Below are positions 36,497 through 53,812 of a DNA stretch of 64,000 nt, in pieces. The position numbers and the translations under genes are program-made. Under the pieces are notes generated by a model. The model had not been told where the DNA came from. It did no database searches and saw only the letters and a program-made list of their open reading frames with translations. Every line of letters starts with the position of its first letter. Positions within the stretch are counted from its first letter, which is position 1. This stretch comes from Lama guanicoe (taxonomy: Eukaryota). Location: NCBI GenBank assembly GCA_013239625.1, contig MU057102.1, positions 1,141,432 to 1,205,431 of the forward strand, read 5' to 3'.

Positions 36497-37261
36497 TAGG
36501 TACCGACATTTGTTTCTCTGCTCTGGTCTATCCATAGGCCAAGGCGGGTGGGTGGAGAACGGTGTGAGCCCCAGACAGACCCAGCCATGACCCCTTCTGC
36601 TGTTTTCAGTGTGTGGCCTCGGCCAGCCAGACCAGCTCTCTGGGCCTCAAGCCTGTCCCGTGCACGACAGGACACTGACATTTCCTGGCAGGGCTGTCCT
36701 GGGATGACAAGGGCCCAGGAGTATGAAGGATGGGGCTCTGGCTTCCTGTTCCAGCTCATTCTGGAAATCTTTGGATGGAGCCACACAGCCTGTGCCCATA
36801 GTAAGGGAGCATGAAGGGATCTGTGCAAATAAGAGCCAAGGCAGAGAAAGCCTGAGGAAAGTGAGGACAGGTGGCATGTAAGCTTCTGCTCATGTACTGA
36901 ACGTAGGGCATAAACTTGGCTTGGAGCTTCCTGGTGGCCAAAGCAAAGAGAGAAATTCAATCTCCTCATGTTCAGTGGCTGTGAAGTAACAGTCTGTGGC
37001 TCAGCTTCTCCCCCTGGATGGGGGGGGGTCTCCGAGGACGCCAGCCTGAGGACGGGGAGGAGGCACCTGGGCGGGGGGACGTGGGGCACAGCTGGGCCTG
37101 AATGCCTTACCCCCGGGCGTGTGCTTGTGTGTGCCCGTGTGTGTGCGTGCAGTGGGGCAGGCGGTGAATTCTGCTTGGGTCCCTGGGGGCTGCTGACTTG
37201 TCCAGACTACATGCAGGCTCAGTCTGCCCCAGATCTGAACTCCCCTCTCACCTCGCTCCAG

Positions 37262-37338
37262 GTGGGCTCTTAGGGTCCCCTGGGACCCCATCAGCGACTC
37301 CATGGGTGGACCTGTGACACCGGACAGCCAGCAGATGG
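37262..37338 (+). CDS. SH3TC1: SH3TC1 exon 8 (WALRVPWDPISDSMGGPVTPDSQQM)
   Basis: Acceptor ctcgctccag|, donor tgg|gtaaat; 77 nt, phase 2-1. Not visible in the ORF track, but needed to keep frame and similar to human WALRIPQDPIDDAMGGPV. Confidence 0.92.
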
Positions 37339-38132
37339 GTAAATGTTTCCATTGGCTCTCCTCCCCTGGGGAAGAGGCGGGTAAGGAGGGGTGGGTACCA
37401 GCATTCTGAAAGCTTTCGTGCTCACCCTGAATCCTCCCCGAGGTAGCCAGAAGAGGTAGCTAGAATCCTCTCTGATTCGAGAAGCAAAAACGGAGGATCA
37501 GAGAGGTCCATGGCTGGCCCAAACCCACACAGCACACAGCGAGGCCAGGACTCTGGCCACTGTGCTTCTAGAGTGTGACTCCACACACTGTTCAACAAGC
37601 ACTTTCTCAGATTTTGCTGCCTTCCAGGTGCTACGTCAGACACCTTGGAGGACCCTGGGGTAGGGGTAGAGGGGTGTGGGCTAGGCCCCCATCTGAACTC
37701 TCCACAGGGCTATTAAAGGAGCATGAGGCAGGGGTCTTCTTTTGGGGAACACGGCTTGGGCTCCTGGCCCAGCGTGTGTTGCTGTGCCCCAGGCTGGCCG
37801 GTGTCTGTGTGGCCTCGCGTACCTGTTAAATGGACGTCAGGCCCACAGGAGGACACTTACAGCTGTATTTGCTCTGGGTGGGCCCTGGCTTTGGATGCTG
37901 ACGGCCCTGGGCCAAGTTCATCAGCGTCTCCTGGCCTCCATTCCTCATCCTCAGTGTGAGGATAAAGTGTCCCCTTCAAGGGGGTGGGACATCCAGCCCC
38001 TCATGTGCGGTGGCCCCGCAACCCCAGCCAGGTGCCAGATGAGTTCCTCATCAGGACTATGTGTTCCCCAGCTGGGGCACCAACTGGCTGGCCAAGGGCC
38101 ACTCGTCTGCCCGCCCAGCCCCCCAGCACTGA

Positions 38133-38351
<219 letters not shown>

Positions 38352-38629
38352 TGAGTGGCCAAGGCCCCACCCCTTTCTGAGTCCACCCTTTGCCCCTGTG
38401 GGACCCCTGCCCTGAACACCCGCTTCCTAGGTGACAGATCTGGGCGGCGTCCTGGACAGCACCCCTGCCCTTCCCCCTCCCCTCCTCGTCATCCCTCCCA
38501 CCTCTGTCCCCAGGACTAGGCCTAGCCCAAGACCAGGGCCGTCCCACTGCCCCCAGCTTCCTGTCTGGACCCCTCCCACCCTCCTCCCAGTGCTGCTAGG
38601 GCCTGGCCCCTGAAATACATAGCTGTCCC

Positions 38630-38987
38630 TGTGCATGAGTGCCCCAGGGCTGCGGGGAGAGAACCACAAACAGAGGGCTTGAAACAACAGACTGGAGGCA
38701 GACGTCCCAACCAAGGTGTGAGCAGGGCTGCCTCCCTCAGAGCCTCCAGGGGAGGGTCCTGCCAGCCTCTTCCAGCTCCGGTGGCTCTAGGCGTCCCCGT
38801 GGCCGCATCGTCCCAACCTCCGCCTCCGTCTTCCTGTGGCCTCTTCCCCGTGTCTGTGCCCTCTCCTCCGCCTCTCCTGTTGCTGGATTAGGGGCCCACC
38901 AGATAACCCAGAATCATCTCCTGCTGTCAGGACCCTTTACTTGATTGCATCTAAAAAATCCTACTTTCAAACATTCAACCCCGTACA
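38630..38987 (-). mobile_element. MaLR LTR (MLT1C-like)
   Basis: ggcttgaaacaacag, caaggtgtgagcagggc, cctcttccagctccggtggc, ggattaggggcccacc. Confidence 0.7.
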
Positions 38988-40214
38988 CCAGGCCACTCCC
39001 CTTCATCAAACCTTCAAAGTTCTGGGCCTGGCCTTCAGGGGCCCCCAGCCCAGGCCCTGGTAACCCTCAGTTTCATAGGCTCCCACTCACCATCATCTCA
39101 CCCTAAGTCTAGCTCTGGGAGTTGGCTCACCCCTTCTAGGACGATGCTGGTTCGACATGCGCGTCCCCCTGTGTGAGACGCCCCCTCCGTCCCGACCGTA
39201 CCGTTGTCCAGGGACCCTCACTGGTCCCGTCTCATCGCCAGTAGCTCATCCCTGGGGGCGCCCTTCCTGGCTGGCCGGTCACCTCCGTGCCCCCACCACC
39301 TGACCCTGGACGGCAACGGGGGGTCTGGGGAGAGTGGTCAGCAAGCACAACTGTGTTCTTGACCTTTTCTTGTTCAGCCTTTAGCCCAGGAGTCAGTGTG
39401 TAGAGAAGTCCCTTTGCAGGGCCAGCACCCAGCCGGGCCTCACCATGCACAAACATGGGGTGCACGTCCTCAGGGCCCCCCCAGCCCGGACAGCCCAGCT
39501 CGTTCTTGCCTAAAGCTGCAGATAGACCGACAACCCCCAGACCAACTCTCAGAGGCCACTTGGGCATCATGACGAGTCCCACAGTCACTTTGTTCCCTGA
39601 CTCAAGTGTCTGTCTGTTCTGGCACCTCTTTGCCCCTGTTCACGAGAAGCAGTTTGAAGCTGGGCTGGGCTCGGACGCCCCACCTGTGGTTCCCAAGGTG
39701 TGCGCTCCCCCAGGGATCCATTCCGAACTTCCTCAGTAGGGATGTGCCCCCTACGCGCCCTGGTTGGCAGTCCACAGGGATTCCCAGCACAAGGAAGGCA
39801 CCCAGAGTCTGAGTTTTCTTTCTCCTGCTGAAATGTGTTTCCCACCCTATTGGACCTCCAGACTCCTTTTTGCACACAGCCCATCGCCTGGTATTCTGTG
39901 CAGCCCTCTGGGGGCCCCTGGGCTAGATGCCTTCCAGCATCTCTGAGGAGCCCACAACTTCTCCACAGACAGGGGTCCTTGAGAATTGAACATGCCCTGA
40001 GCTTGTCAAGGGTCTGAGCTGCTATTGCTGTGGGGAGGAGCCAGCCTGCTGCCCTCCCTTCTCCCAGAAGGGCAATGGGGCCTGGTGCCATTGGTCCTGT
40101 TTACAGCTGGAGAAGCCCTACCAACTCCTTTCCTTCACTCTACAGACGTTTACTGAGCGTCTTTCCTATTCCAGATCTGGACTTACATCCTTTGTTTTGT
40201 GGTTATTCTTCATT

Positions 40215-40800
40215 TCTTTTAACTTTATTTTGACATAATTTCAGACTTAGACAAAAGTTGCAAGGAGAGCATAAAATTCCTGCATATCCTTCACCCAGAT
40301 TGCCCAGATGTTAATGTTATGACATTTACTTTCTCCTCTTCTTTTTTTTTCAATTTTTTTGCCTAAATTCTTTGGGAGTTATTTGCAAGCATGATGTCCC
40401 TTTACTCCTAAAGAATGCACTGTGTGTTTCCTAAAACCAGGACATGGCTTACATAGCCACACACACCTGTCAGAATCAGGAAGTTAACATTATTACAATA
40501 CTGTCATCTGCAGGCCTTATTCAGATTTTGCCACTTTTCCCAGTAATTCCCTCTACAGCCAAAGAAAATTCCAGACTACGTGTTACCAGTTCTCCATCTC
40601 TTCAGTCTTGTCTCCTTGATCTGAAACAGTCCCTCGGTGTCTCTGTCCTTTAGGGCACTGACATTTGTAAGGAATAGAAGCCTGCTGTTTTGTCGAATAT
40701 CCCACAATCTGCCCTGAGGCTTTCTTGAACTTCTCAAAATAGCTCCCTCTAAGTACATCCAAAGTACATTTGAAAGTCTTGCATTTTGCTGGTGACTTGG
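40215..40800 (-). mobile_element. Ancient L1 (L1MC/ME-like) 3' region
   Basis: ttattttgacataatttcagacttagacaaaagttgcaa, ccttcacccagatt, tgtttcctaaaaccaggaca. Confidence 0.65.
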
Positions 40801-41242
40801 TCCTATAAGCAGAAATTGCTCCCCTCTTCCTCCCTCTGTTCCTTCCTGTTTTTCCCCACCCTGACTTCTCAGAGCACACAAGTGCCCTGTGTCCGTGCTG
40901 GGCACTGGGGAAAGCACTGGCAGAAGTCATGTGAGGCGCTGTGGGCGCTTTCATTGTGGAGGGATCAGGTCTGCCTGTAACTGTCAGGGCCAGCCTTGCA
41001 GGGGAAAGGGCATTTGAGGTGGGGTTTTGAAGGCTGTCCAGGAGCTTACCTCCCCAGGATGCTGTGACCTGCTGCATCTATCACAGCCTTCCCTACTCCT
41101 GGGTGTCTGCCTCCAGCAAGACAAAGCACCCTTGGGAACAGGATCTATTTTTTTTATATCCTGGTGTTTTTACCGCTAGGTACAGGGCAGGTGTACAGGG
41201 ACTGTCTGTCAAGTTAGGGAGTAGAAAAGGGTCTTAGTGTGA

Positions 41243-41806
<564 letters not shown>

Positions 41807-42362
41807 TAAAGGGGATTCTACAAGTGCTGTCGCTGCCTTTGGGGCAGGTAGGGCCACACAAGGCCAGGCAGGCCAGACACAGAGGGAGGAACAGGGCCAG
41901 AGCCAGGGAGGCGCAGGAGAGCGGCCCCAAGCCCCCCATCCGCCCGAGGCCTCCCTCACTCCGGGCGCTGGGGCGGCGGCGAGCGTGCCGGCCAGTTCTG
42001 TTCCGGCCAGCACTGCCCTGGCCCTCTGCCCACTCCGTGTAAGGGGGACCTCCCTCCCCACCATCGGATCAGGACTCCGGGCTCTCGAGGCTGTGGTCTG
42101 GCCTGGGTTGCCTGGCCTCTGGGTGGCCGGGGCTACACTTCAGGGTGGCCACCTCCTGAACACAATGCTGTTCTGTTGATCTCAAGGCCCTCAGTTTAGG
42201 AAAGGATTTCTCTGGGGGCTGCAGTGCAAATCATAGGTGAAGGAAGTGTGTCAACAGCCACAATGAAAGAAAATGTGGCAGAGGGGACAGTGCTGGAGCG
42301 ACTCGCCAGTCCCCCTACAGGGATGTGGCTGTACAGCTCATTCCTTTCTCCTGCCAGACGGA

Positions 42363-42585
42363 GGTGTGTGCACGTGTGTGCACACCCACACAGACACAGG
42401 TATGCACACACACGTACGTGCACACACACCATACACTGACAGACACATGTGCAGACACACACCCCTGCACACACACAACTGTACACACACAGGGGCACAC
42501 ATGAAAACACACACATCCACCTACACATCCACGCATGTGTGCGCACGTGCGTACACGTATACACACACACACGTGTCCACACACA
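42363..42585. repeat. Long degenerate (CA)n tract in intron 10
   Basis: About 220 bp of cacac/cacgtg/cacatg variants. Confidence 0.85.
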
Positions 42586-43290
42586 TCCTTTCTGCCGCTG
42601 GCTGACACGCATTCCCACCAATATGAGATTTGCTTCCTAGATCCCTCTAGTCGGCTCCTCCTCCTCAACAGACAAACACATTTGACCGTAGCCGGGCAGG
42701 TTCAAGCCCGCCTGGCTTACGACCTCCTTTTCTTCAGGAAGCCGCGTGGCGACCTTGCTCGGGGTGTTGTGGGGTCCTCTGAGCAGGACTATGTGGTCGA
42801 CAGCACACGGCGCTTCATGTGTCTTTTTACAGCTCTTCTTCCCTCGCTGGGTTTCTCTGGCAACCCCGTGGGCTGTCAGTGTCAGCCCGCTTTAAGGGGG
42901 TGGGAACTGAGGCATGGGAATGGGCAGGCAGTCAGATGAGGAGGGGCTCAACCCCAGAGGGGCCGCCCTGCCCCTGGGAGAGCCCACGGAACCTGGAACC
43001 CGGGGCAGCCCTCGGGGGGCATGTGACTCCTGTTCCCAGAGGGCAGCGGTGGAAGGCGGCAGCCTCTTGAGGGCGGATGGAGTCCTGCGGGGGTGGGGGT
43101 GAGGGGGGAGGAGATGGGGCAGGAGCACATTCTGGAAGACATGGCTTCTCGGCCGGCACCCCTCGCTGCCGCCCCAGCCTGCTTCCCCTCAGGGGCGCTG
43201 GTGTCAGGGTGTCAGTATCCGGGCCCTCACTGACATCCCTGGTCCAGGGGGACTGGCCCCAGGGTGACGCTCCCTTCTCTCCCTTTTCAG

Positions 43291-43332
43291 ACATGTTAGA
43301 AGAGGCTGAGCCTCAGCAGCAGAAAATACATG
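43291..43332 (+). CDS. SH3TC1: SH3TC1 exon 11, short acidic exon (DMLEEAEPQQQKIH)
   Basis: Strong acceptor cttctctcccttttcag|, donor atg|gtaggt; 42 nt, symmetric phase 1-1; resembles human DSVEEAETEQPQEK. Confidence 0.85.
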
Positions 43333-44757
43333 GTAGGTTCTTCCCACACAGCCCGGGGTCCCTCTGGTCACAGGGGTGGTCTCGGGGTGACAGGGGGCAG
43401 AGGTGGCAGAGCTAGGCTTGAGTGGGCACTGGCTGCAGACCTCCATCCTCCGTGGGGGAGGGCTGGTGGGCAGGGAGTCCAGCCCGGGAGGGGAGGTTGG
43501 ATGAGGTGGAGGTGAACCATCCCTCCACTGCTGCAGTGGGTCCCCAACAAACATGCCAGCCCCCGGCCCTGTCCCCAGCAAAGGTGGGGCACCCCCTCCA
43601 TTGCCCGAGCTCATGCCTGACTCAGGGTTCCTTTCATGCAACTTAGAGCAGCTGAAATTTGCCCCGTGAGCTGCTCGGATGGGTGCGGGGGTGCTGGGGG
43701 CACTGAATTTGGAGACTGATGTTGGGGAAGTCCCGCGAGGGTCTGCTCCTTCCCCTGGGGGCCTGGTTCAAGGACACCCCCCTCTCTCCCTCCACACCTC
43801 CATCTCCCCCACAACAGAGGGGTTGCATTGGGAGGCCTGGGGACACAAGTGCCCAGGGACCCTTTGAGCTTCCCGGGGAATGGGAAATGTCCAAGCACAA
43901 ACACAGATGGGCCACTGTGGGACGCGGGCGGGCGAGGAGGCTTGGAAGCCAGTCCCCCGGGGCCCTCCCTCCAAGAAGCTGCAGACTTGCCTTCAGGGGA
44001 GGCTCTCCCGCCTGCCCAGGTCCTGGCAGCAAAGGCTCCTCCAGCCGTGGGAGGCAGGGTGACCAGGACAGCACTGGGAGCACACATCGGGAGCCCACTG
44101 GCCTCCACCGGGAGCGGGCGCTTCTTAGTGAATCCAGGGCTTGGTCAAGTCCGACGCTTACTGCTCAACCACATTTAATGTTTAAAATTCCTAGCTTTTA
44201 CAGAAGAATAAAGAGACAGTCTTGAACATATTTTTTTAAAAGTGAACTTGAGACAAGTTCTAGGTCCTGGTTCCTTCCTTCCTTCCAAATTCCCCTTCAA
44301 ATCCTGTGTTTTTCCAGCAGGAAGTGTAGCTTGTTTGCTCCTCAAGGCTGGACGGGCCTTGGGGCCCTGAGTCCATCCAAAGCCAACAGTCCCTCAGCAG
44401 GCAGCGTGGGCAGCTCCACGGCCCCAGGCCCTCCAGCACTCTTTTTTTTTAACCCTTTAGGAACCGTAGGCCTCAGATTCCCGAATCAGCCAAGAGGAAG
44501 GGGGTGCCCGGGGGTCTGGGAGCTGTGCTCAGTGTTTCCTGTTGGAACAGCCCCCGGGGCTAGAGCCGTGCAGATGGACACAGCCGCCACTGTCCTCCGC
44601 CGTGGTTGGTTTATTGGTTCTGTGGGAGATTCACGGCAGCCCCGGGGGCACGTAGTATCTGTAACTTCCAATGACAGGGACATGGCGGCTCGGGGAGGAA
44701 CGCCCCTGCCCGGCCTGGACCCAGAACAGACTCTAACCCATCTGGGGGTTTCGGTAA

Positions 44758-46518
<1,761 letters not shown>

Positions 46519-47519
46519 TAGTGGAAACCAGCAGGTGCTAGCAAGAGCTTTGAGGGTGTCCCGTGCTGGGCCGGACATCAGCAGGGCAGCCAGCTTGTCC
46601 AGGCTTGCCTGGGACTGCTCTGCTTTGTGCGCTGAGAGTCCCGAGACTGGGCGTCCCAGCAGTGTAGGGCAGAGGGGCTTGCCCCCGGCCAGGCAGGAGC
46701 GGCCGATCAGAGGAGCGGCGTGAGTCTTGGTCGCTGGATGCTATAGTTGGTGCTCTCTCCTTGGCATCGCCCAACAGCCCTGCACACCAGATACCTCCCC
46801 CTGCACAGGGGGTGCAGGGAAGTTTCTTCATCCAGCAGCAGCTTGTGTGAGTATGCCAGGCTCTGTGCACGGCTCCACCTGCCAACAAGACCCAAGTGAG
46901 CCTCGCAGGGGGCTGGCGGCCAAGCGTTGGAAACAGGTGCCTGGGATCACAAGAGCCACAAAAGCAGGTGCTCAGCTGGATGGTGGGTGGCTCCAGTCTG
47001 TTCAGTCTGGGACCTAAGAGACAGGAGAGTTTAGTCAAACACGGGATGGGGGGCTGGCAGAAGGAGCAGCCTGTACAAAGGCCCTGAGGATTGTGAGCTG
47101 GGCCACGCAGGGAGGTGCATAATTTGGAATGGTTGGGGCAGGCGGTGGGCAGTGAGAACCTCAGGCTGGGGGCTAGGCAGGGGTGTAGGAACCCAGGCTG
47201 TGGTTTGGCGTTTTCCCTGAGAGCACTGGGGAGCCACTGAGGGATGTAGGACACTCACCGGGCTGGAAGGGGACCCTCTGGACCTCCAGGGGGAACCAAG
47301 TGCTGGGCCCTCCAACCAGCTCTGTGGCCTTGGACAGGTCCTGGCGGTGCTCACCAATGTCACGTAGCCCCCGGAGGACCTCTCAGAAACTCCCCGTGAG
47401 CCCCTCTCCCACCAGGGAACTAGAGGATTCAGACTTGGGAAAGCCAAGCTGGGGGGCCCGGGGGGGCGTGTTTTTCCCCTCCTCCATATGAACAGTGAGG
47501 AGACTAAGGGCTGGGGCGA

Positions 47520-48390
47520 CGTCCTGGGGTCACCCGGTGCTGGCCCTGGCTCGTTTCTCCGTCCATGTCGGCAGTCTGTGTCCTTCTAGGGTTCGTCCCT
47601 TCCATCCAGGTGTCTGATTTGTCGGTGCGCAGTTGTTCGCAGAATCCCCTTTGTTTCTGTGAGATCGGTGCTAGTGGCCCCTCTTTCACTCCTGATTCTA
47701 GCCATTTCCACCTCCTTCCTTTTTCTCCTGGTCAGTCTGCTAACAGTTTGTCAGTGTTGTCGACCTTTCCAGCGAACTGTCATTTGGTTTCACTGATTGT
47801 CTCTGTTGTTTTCCTGTTCTCTAGTTTATTCATCATTTCCACCCGAACTTCTATTTTTCCTTCCTTTGGCCAGCTTGGGTCTGGTTAACTCTCCTTTTTC
47901 CAGTTTCTTAAGGGAGAAGTTCAGGGTTTTGATTTGAGATTTTAATTCTTTTTTTAACGAAGGTGTTTACAGCAACAAAGCCCCTGTAAGCACTGCTCTC
48001 TCCGCATCTCCTAGGCGGTGCTGAAATGCTCGCTCTTCCCAAGCATCTCCTCATTGCTGCTGTGATTTCTTCTTTGGCCCACTGGGTATTAAGAAACATG
48101 CTGTTCATTTCTACAAACTCATGAATTCCCCAAACTGCCTTCTGTTACTGCTGTCTGATTTCGCACCACCGCAGCTGGAGAAGGTGCTTTGTATGGCTTC
48201 AGTCTTCTTACGTGTAAGGAGAGGTGTTCTGTGGTCCAGCCGCTGGTCTGTCCTGGAGGAAGTTCCACGGGTGTGTGAGGCCTTGTGTTCTGCTCTTGTT
48301 GGGGGCATGTCCCGGAGTCTCTTAGGTCTGGCTGGTTCACGGCGCTCAAGTCTCTAACCTTGTTCCTCTCTGGGTCATTTTTAATAAAGG
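47520..48390 (-). mobile_element. Degenerate L1 ORF2 (endonuclease-adjacent) relic in intron 12
   Basis: Minus-strand ORF fragments HTRGTSSRTDQRLDH...KKTEAIQSTFS and NSMFLNTQWAKEEI resemble L1 ORF2p segments HHTYSKIDH...KRTEII...LSDH and NNLLLNDYWV.NE; frameshifted. Confidence 0.75.
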
Positions 48391-48768
48391 AAGCTCCCAG
48401 CCATCCCAGCCCTCTGGTTTTAGGAGATGCTAGTGAGACGCTGGTTTTGGAGCCTGGCTTCATGAAGGAGCATTGGCTTTGGAATGCCGGAGCCAGATTT
48501 GAATTTTGTCTCCACGGCATGCCATGTGCTCTAGACTTGGTACTCAGCTTTGAACTCTGCTGGTCTGTCTGCAACATGGGGTCATCAGCTCTGAGTGAGG
48601 GCAGCCCCTGTTTGGCTGGGAGGAGTTTTGTGATGCAGAAACAGCGTCCTAATGCGCCGGGAGAGCCCGGCCTAGGGGTTATAAAAGTGGTCACTGCTGT
48701 CTCTCACGCACCCAGGACGTGCCCTGCCTGGCCCCAACAAGGAATGCCCGCCAGCTGTGTGACCTTGA

Positions 48769-49089
<321 letters not shown>

Positions 49090-49654
49090 TGAGGGCCAGC
49101 CCTCGGGGGCAGGGCGGGGTGGGGCGGGGAGAAGGCTGGCCCACCGACACAGCACAGCCCCTCCTCAGGTGCCACTTCGCTCCTTAGTGTCAGACGGGCT
49201 GTGGGCCAGCAGGCCTCGTCTTGTCCCCCGGGGAGGCAGAGTGCGTGTTTCTGGCCATTCTTCCTGCCACGGTGGCTTCTGCAAGCTGACCCCACTGGCC
49301 CAGCTGTGGGCGGGGTGGTCTGGTCCTCATCTGCCCCCTGGAGGACAGCAGCCACAAGTGCCTGGAGGGTTCTCGTCCACGGGAGGACTGCGGCTGTCCC
49401 GCCTGCTTCCCGGGGCAGAGCTTCCGGTCTGCATGTCCCGTGTGAAGCCCGCCCAGAACAGCCTGACTGGGGCTGCTACAAACGGTGGGGCCACACTGCC
49501 TGCAGGGAGGGCCAGCAGAGTCTCTGATGACACCCCACCGTGTGGGGCTCCCTGGGAGCAGGGAAGGAGCCAGGTTTCCCAGGACTTGGGAGACGGCCTC
49601 CAGCATCATCCTCGGACCTCGGTTTCATGGCAGGACCGATGGGCCAGCGCCCTA

Positions 49655-49867
49655 GATCGATGCTTCTCAAAGTGGGGGCCCCAGGTCATCAGTGCCCACG
49701 CCATCTGGCGCTAGGTGGAAATGCACCCTCCCAGGCCTCACTCCAGACCTCCGGAGCTGGCAGCTCCGGAATAGGGCCCTGCAGTCTGTGTTTGATTGGC
49801 TTCCCCTCTTCCCTTCTGCCGAGGGGTGGCTCTGATGCTCACTCACTCAGCAGGAAAACCACTGGCC
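49655..49867. mobile_element. MER5-like hAT relic
   Basis: gcttctcaaagtgggg...aaatgca...cactccagacct...ctgtgtttga...tctgatgc...aaaccactg. Confidence 0.5.
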
Positions 49868-50165
49868 CGGACAGCGTCTAAATTTCTGCCCAGGGGCCAC
49901 AATCCCAGCTGCGTCTGGAGGCGATGTGGGCCCACGTTTGGGAAGGCAAGACAGAGATGGTGGTGGGCCCTGGGGCTGCCTGTTTCCCTCCCAAGGGTCT
50001 CCATCTTTGCTACGAGCCTGCTGTGTTCATCCTGGCTCTCCCATTGGCCTGGGAAGGGCAGGCTGTGTTCCTGCTCCCGACATCCTAGGTCCATCATCGC
50101 CAGACAGGCCCTGGGGAGAGCCTGGCCCACCCGCTGTGGTGGCTAGCCCGGGAGCACTGTTCTGA

Positions 50166-50468
<303 letters not shown>

Positions 50469-51395
50469 TGAGCTCTGGGGGCAGAGGCGGGGGCCCCACG
50501 GTGCCCACTAGCGTGTTGGTATACAGCAAGTGCTCGATAAATGTGCCAAGGCTGGCCCACCAGCTGACACACAGAATTTGCTTCAGCTGCACCCGGCGTT
50601 TCTCCCTAAAAAATGCATTTCTCAGAAAAGCTCTGTTTTTAGACGCTTTCTCGAATGTGACATGACTGGCAGCAAATTGAGAGGCCCAAGACCCCTGTGG
50701 GTTTACTCCTTTTTGAGCACCTGCTGTGTACGCCCCTAAGCCAGGGGCTGAGGCTCCAGATCAGGAGCTTATGGCCGAGACAGGGGCAGACTCCTCAGTG
50801 AACAATGCCACCTGGGGCCAGGGCCGCAGGGCGTAAAGCAGCCGGGAGGGTGGGCTCGGTCCGCCTAGGTGGTCACGGAGGCTGTTAGAGCTGCAGGGCG
50901 TGGGGGGGCGCAGTGCCCACCCGGGGAGGGGGCGTCTCCGCACCGGGACTCACAGGGGCAAAGCCCCAGAGGTGCACGGAGCGTGGCAAGTCCTGGGGCT
51001 GCACGCTGCTGGGCATGGCTGGACTGCGGGCCGGGGCGGTCACTCACTGGCACATCCTGTGCAGCCCCGGGCGCAGCAGAGGGGCGACAGCCTCCGTCCT
51101 CTGGTGGGAGGGACAAGGGGACATGTGGTCAGGCGTTACTAAGGGCCCGGGAGGGAAGGTGGCGGGACCCACGGCCCCTGGATGAGGAGCGCCCCGTGAA
51201 ACTGGCCAGAGTGCTGTTGTCCGGGCGTGGCCACAGGGTTCAGAGGCCGGCTCTGCGCTCCGTCCCAGGCGGCCGCCAGTCCACACCTGCTGGTTCCTGG
51301 GGCCTCAGCTGGGCAGGCCTCCTCAAGCGACACGGGGCTTAGATTACCATCCTGCCCCCAGTGGGCAGCAAGGGCCCCGAGTGCACAGGGACTGA

Positions 51396-52100
<705 letters not shown>

Positions 52101-52400
52101 TAAATGTGGTGTTTTCAGAGCCCAAGGGGGTGTTGTGCTGTTGGGCCCTCCTGGTTGGGCCCTTCTCACCCTGGGGGGGCCAGGCTGGTCTGAGATATGT
52201 GGTGTAGCTAGTAGGTAAGTCTCACACCCTAACCTGCTCAGGGCCCAGGGGCCCTGGTGTGTCACAACACCCTGAGCTGACCTTTCTCTTGGGTGGTGGT
52301 GGGCAGAGCCATTTAATGCTCCAGTGGGATGGTGGGGGCGGGACTGGGGGCTCTGAGTTGGGTACAAGGCCTGGGCTGGCTGCTCTGATAGGAGGCCTGA

Positions 52401-52946
<546 letters not shown>

Positions 52947-53179
52947 TAATGTGCTGTTCCAGGCGGTCCTGTCTTCCTTCAGACAGGGAACCCAAGAGGC
53001 CAGGCACATGGCAGGTGCACAGCAGGTGCCTGCAGGCCCCACAGTGCACGCCGTGGGAAGGGGCAGATCCCAGGGCCGCTTGGTCTGGGGACACCCTCCG
53101 GACGGGGCTGGGGGGCTGCTGACGATAGAGCAGGGAAGACAAAGTTCATGTCTGCAGGTTGCCGGGGCCCTGGGTCTGA

Positions 53180-53812
<633 letters not shown>

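Noticed and set aside
42196-42668. Cys/Val- and His/Thr-rich ORFs (also near 7000, 20300 and 55750)
   Set aside because: Translations of (CA/TG)n microsatellites.
49698-49711. Second CTCF-like motif (minus strand GCGCCAGATGGCGT)
   Set aside because: Imperfect match inside a MER5-like relic; not supportable without binding data.
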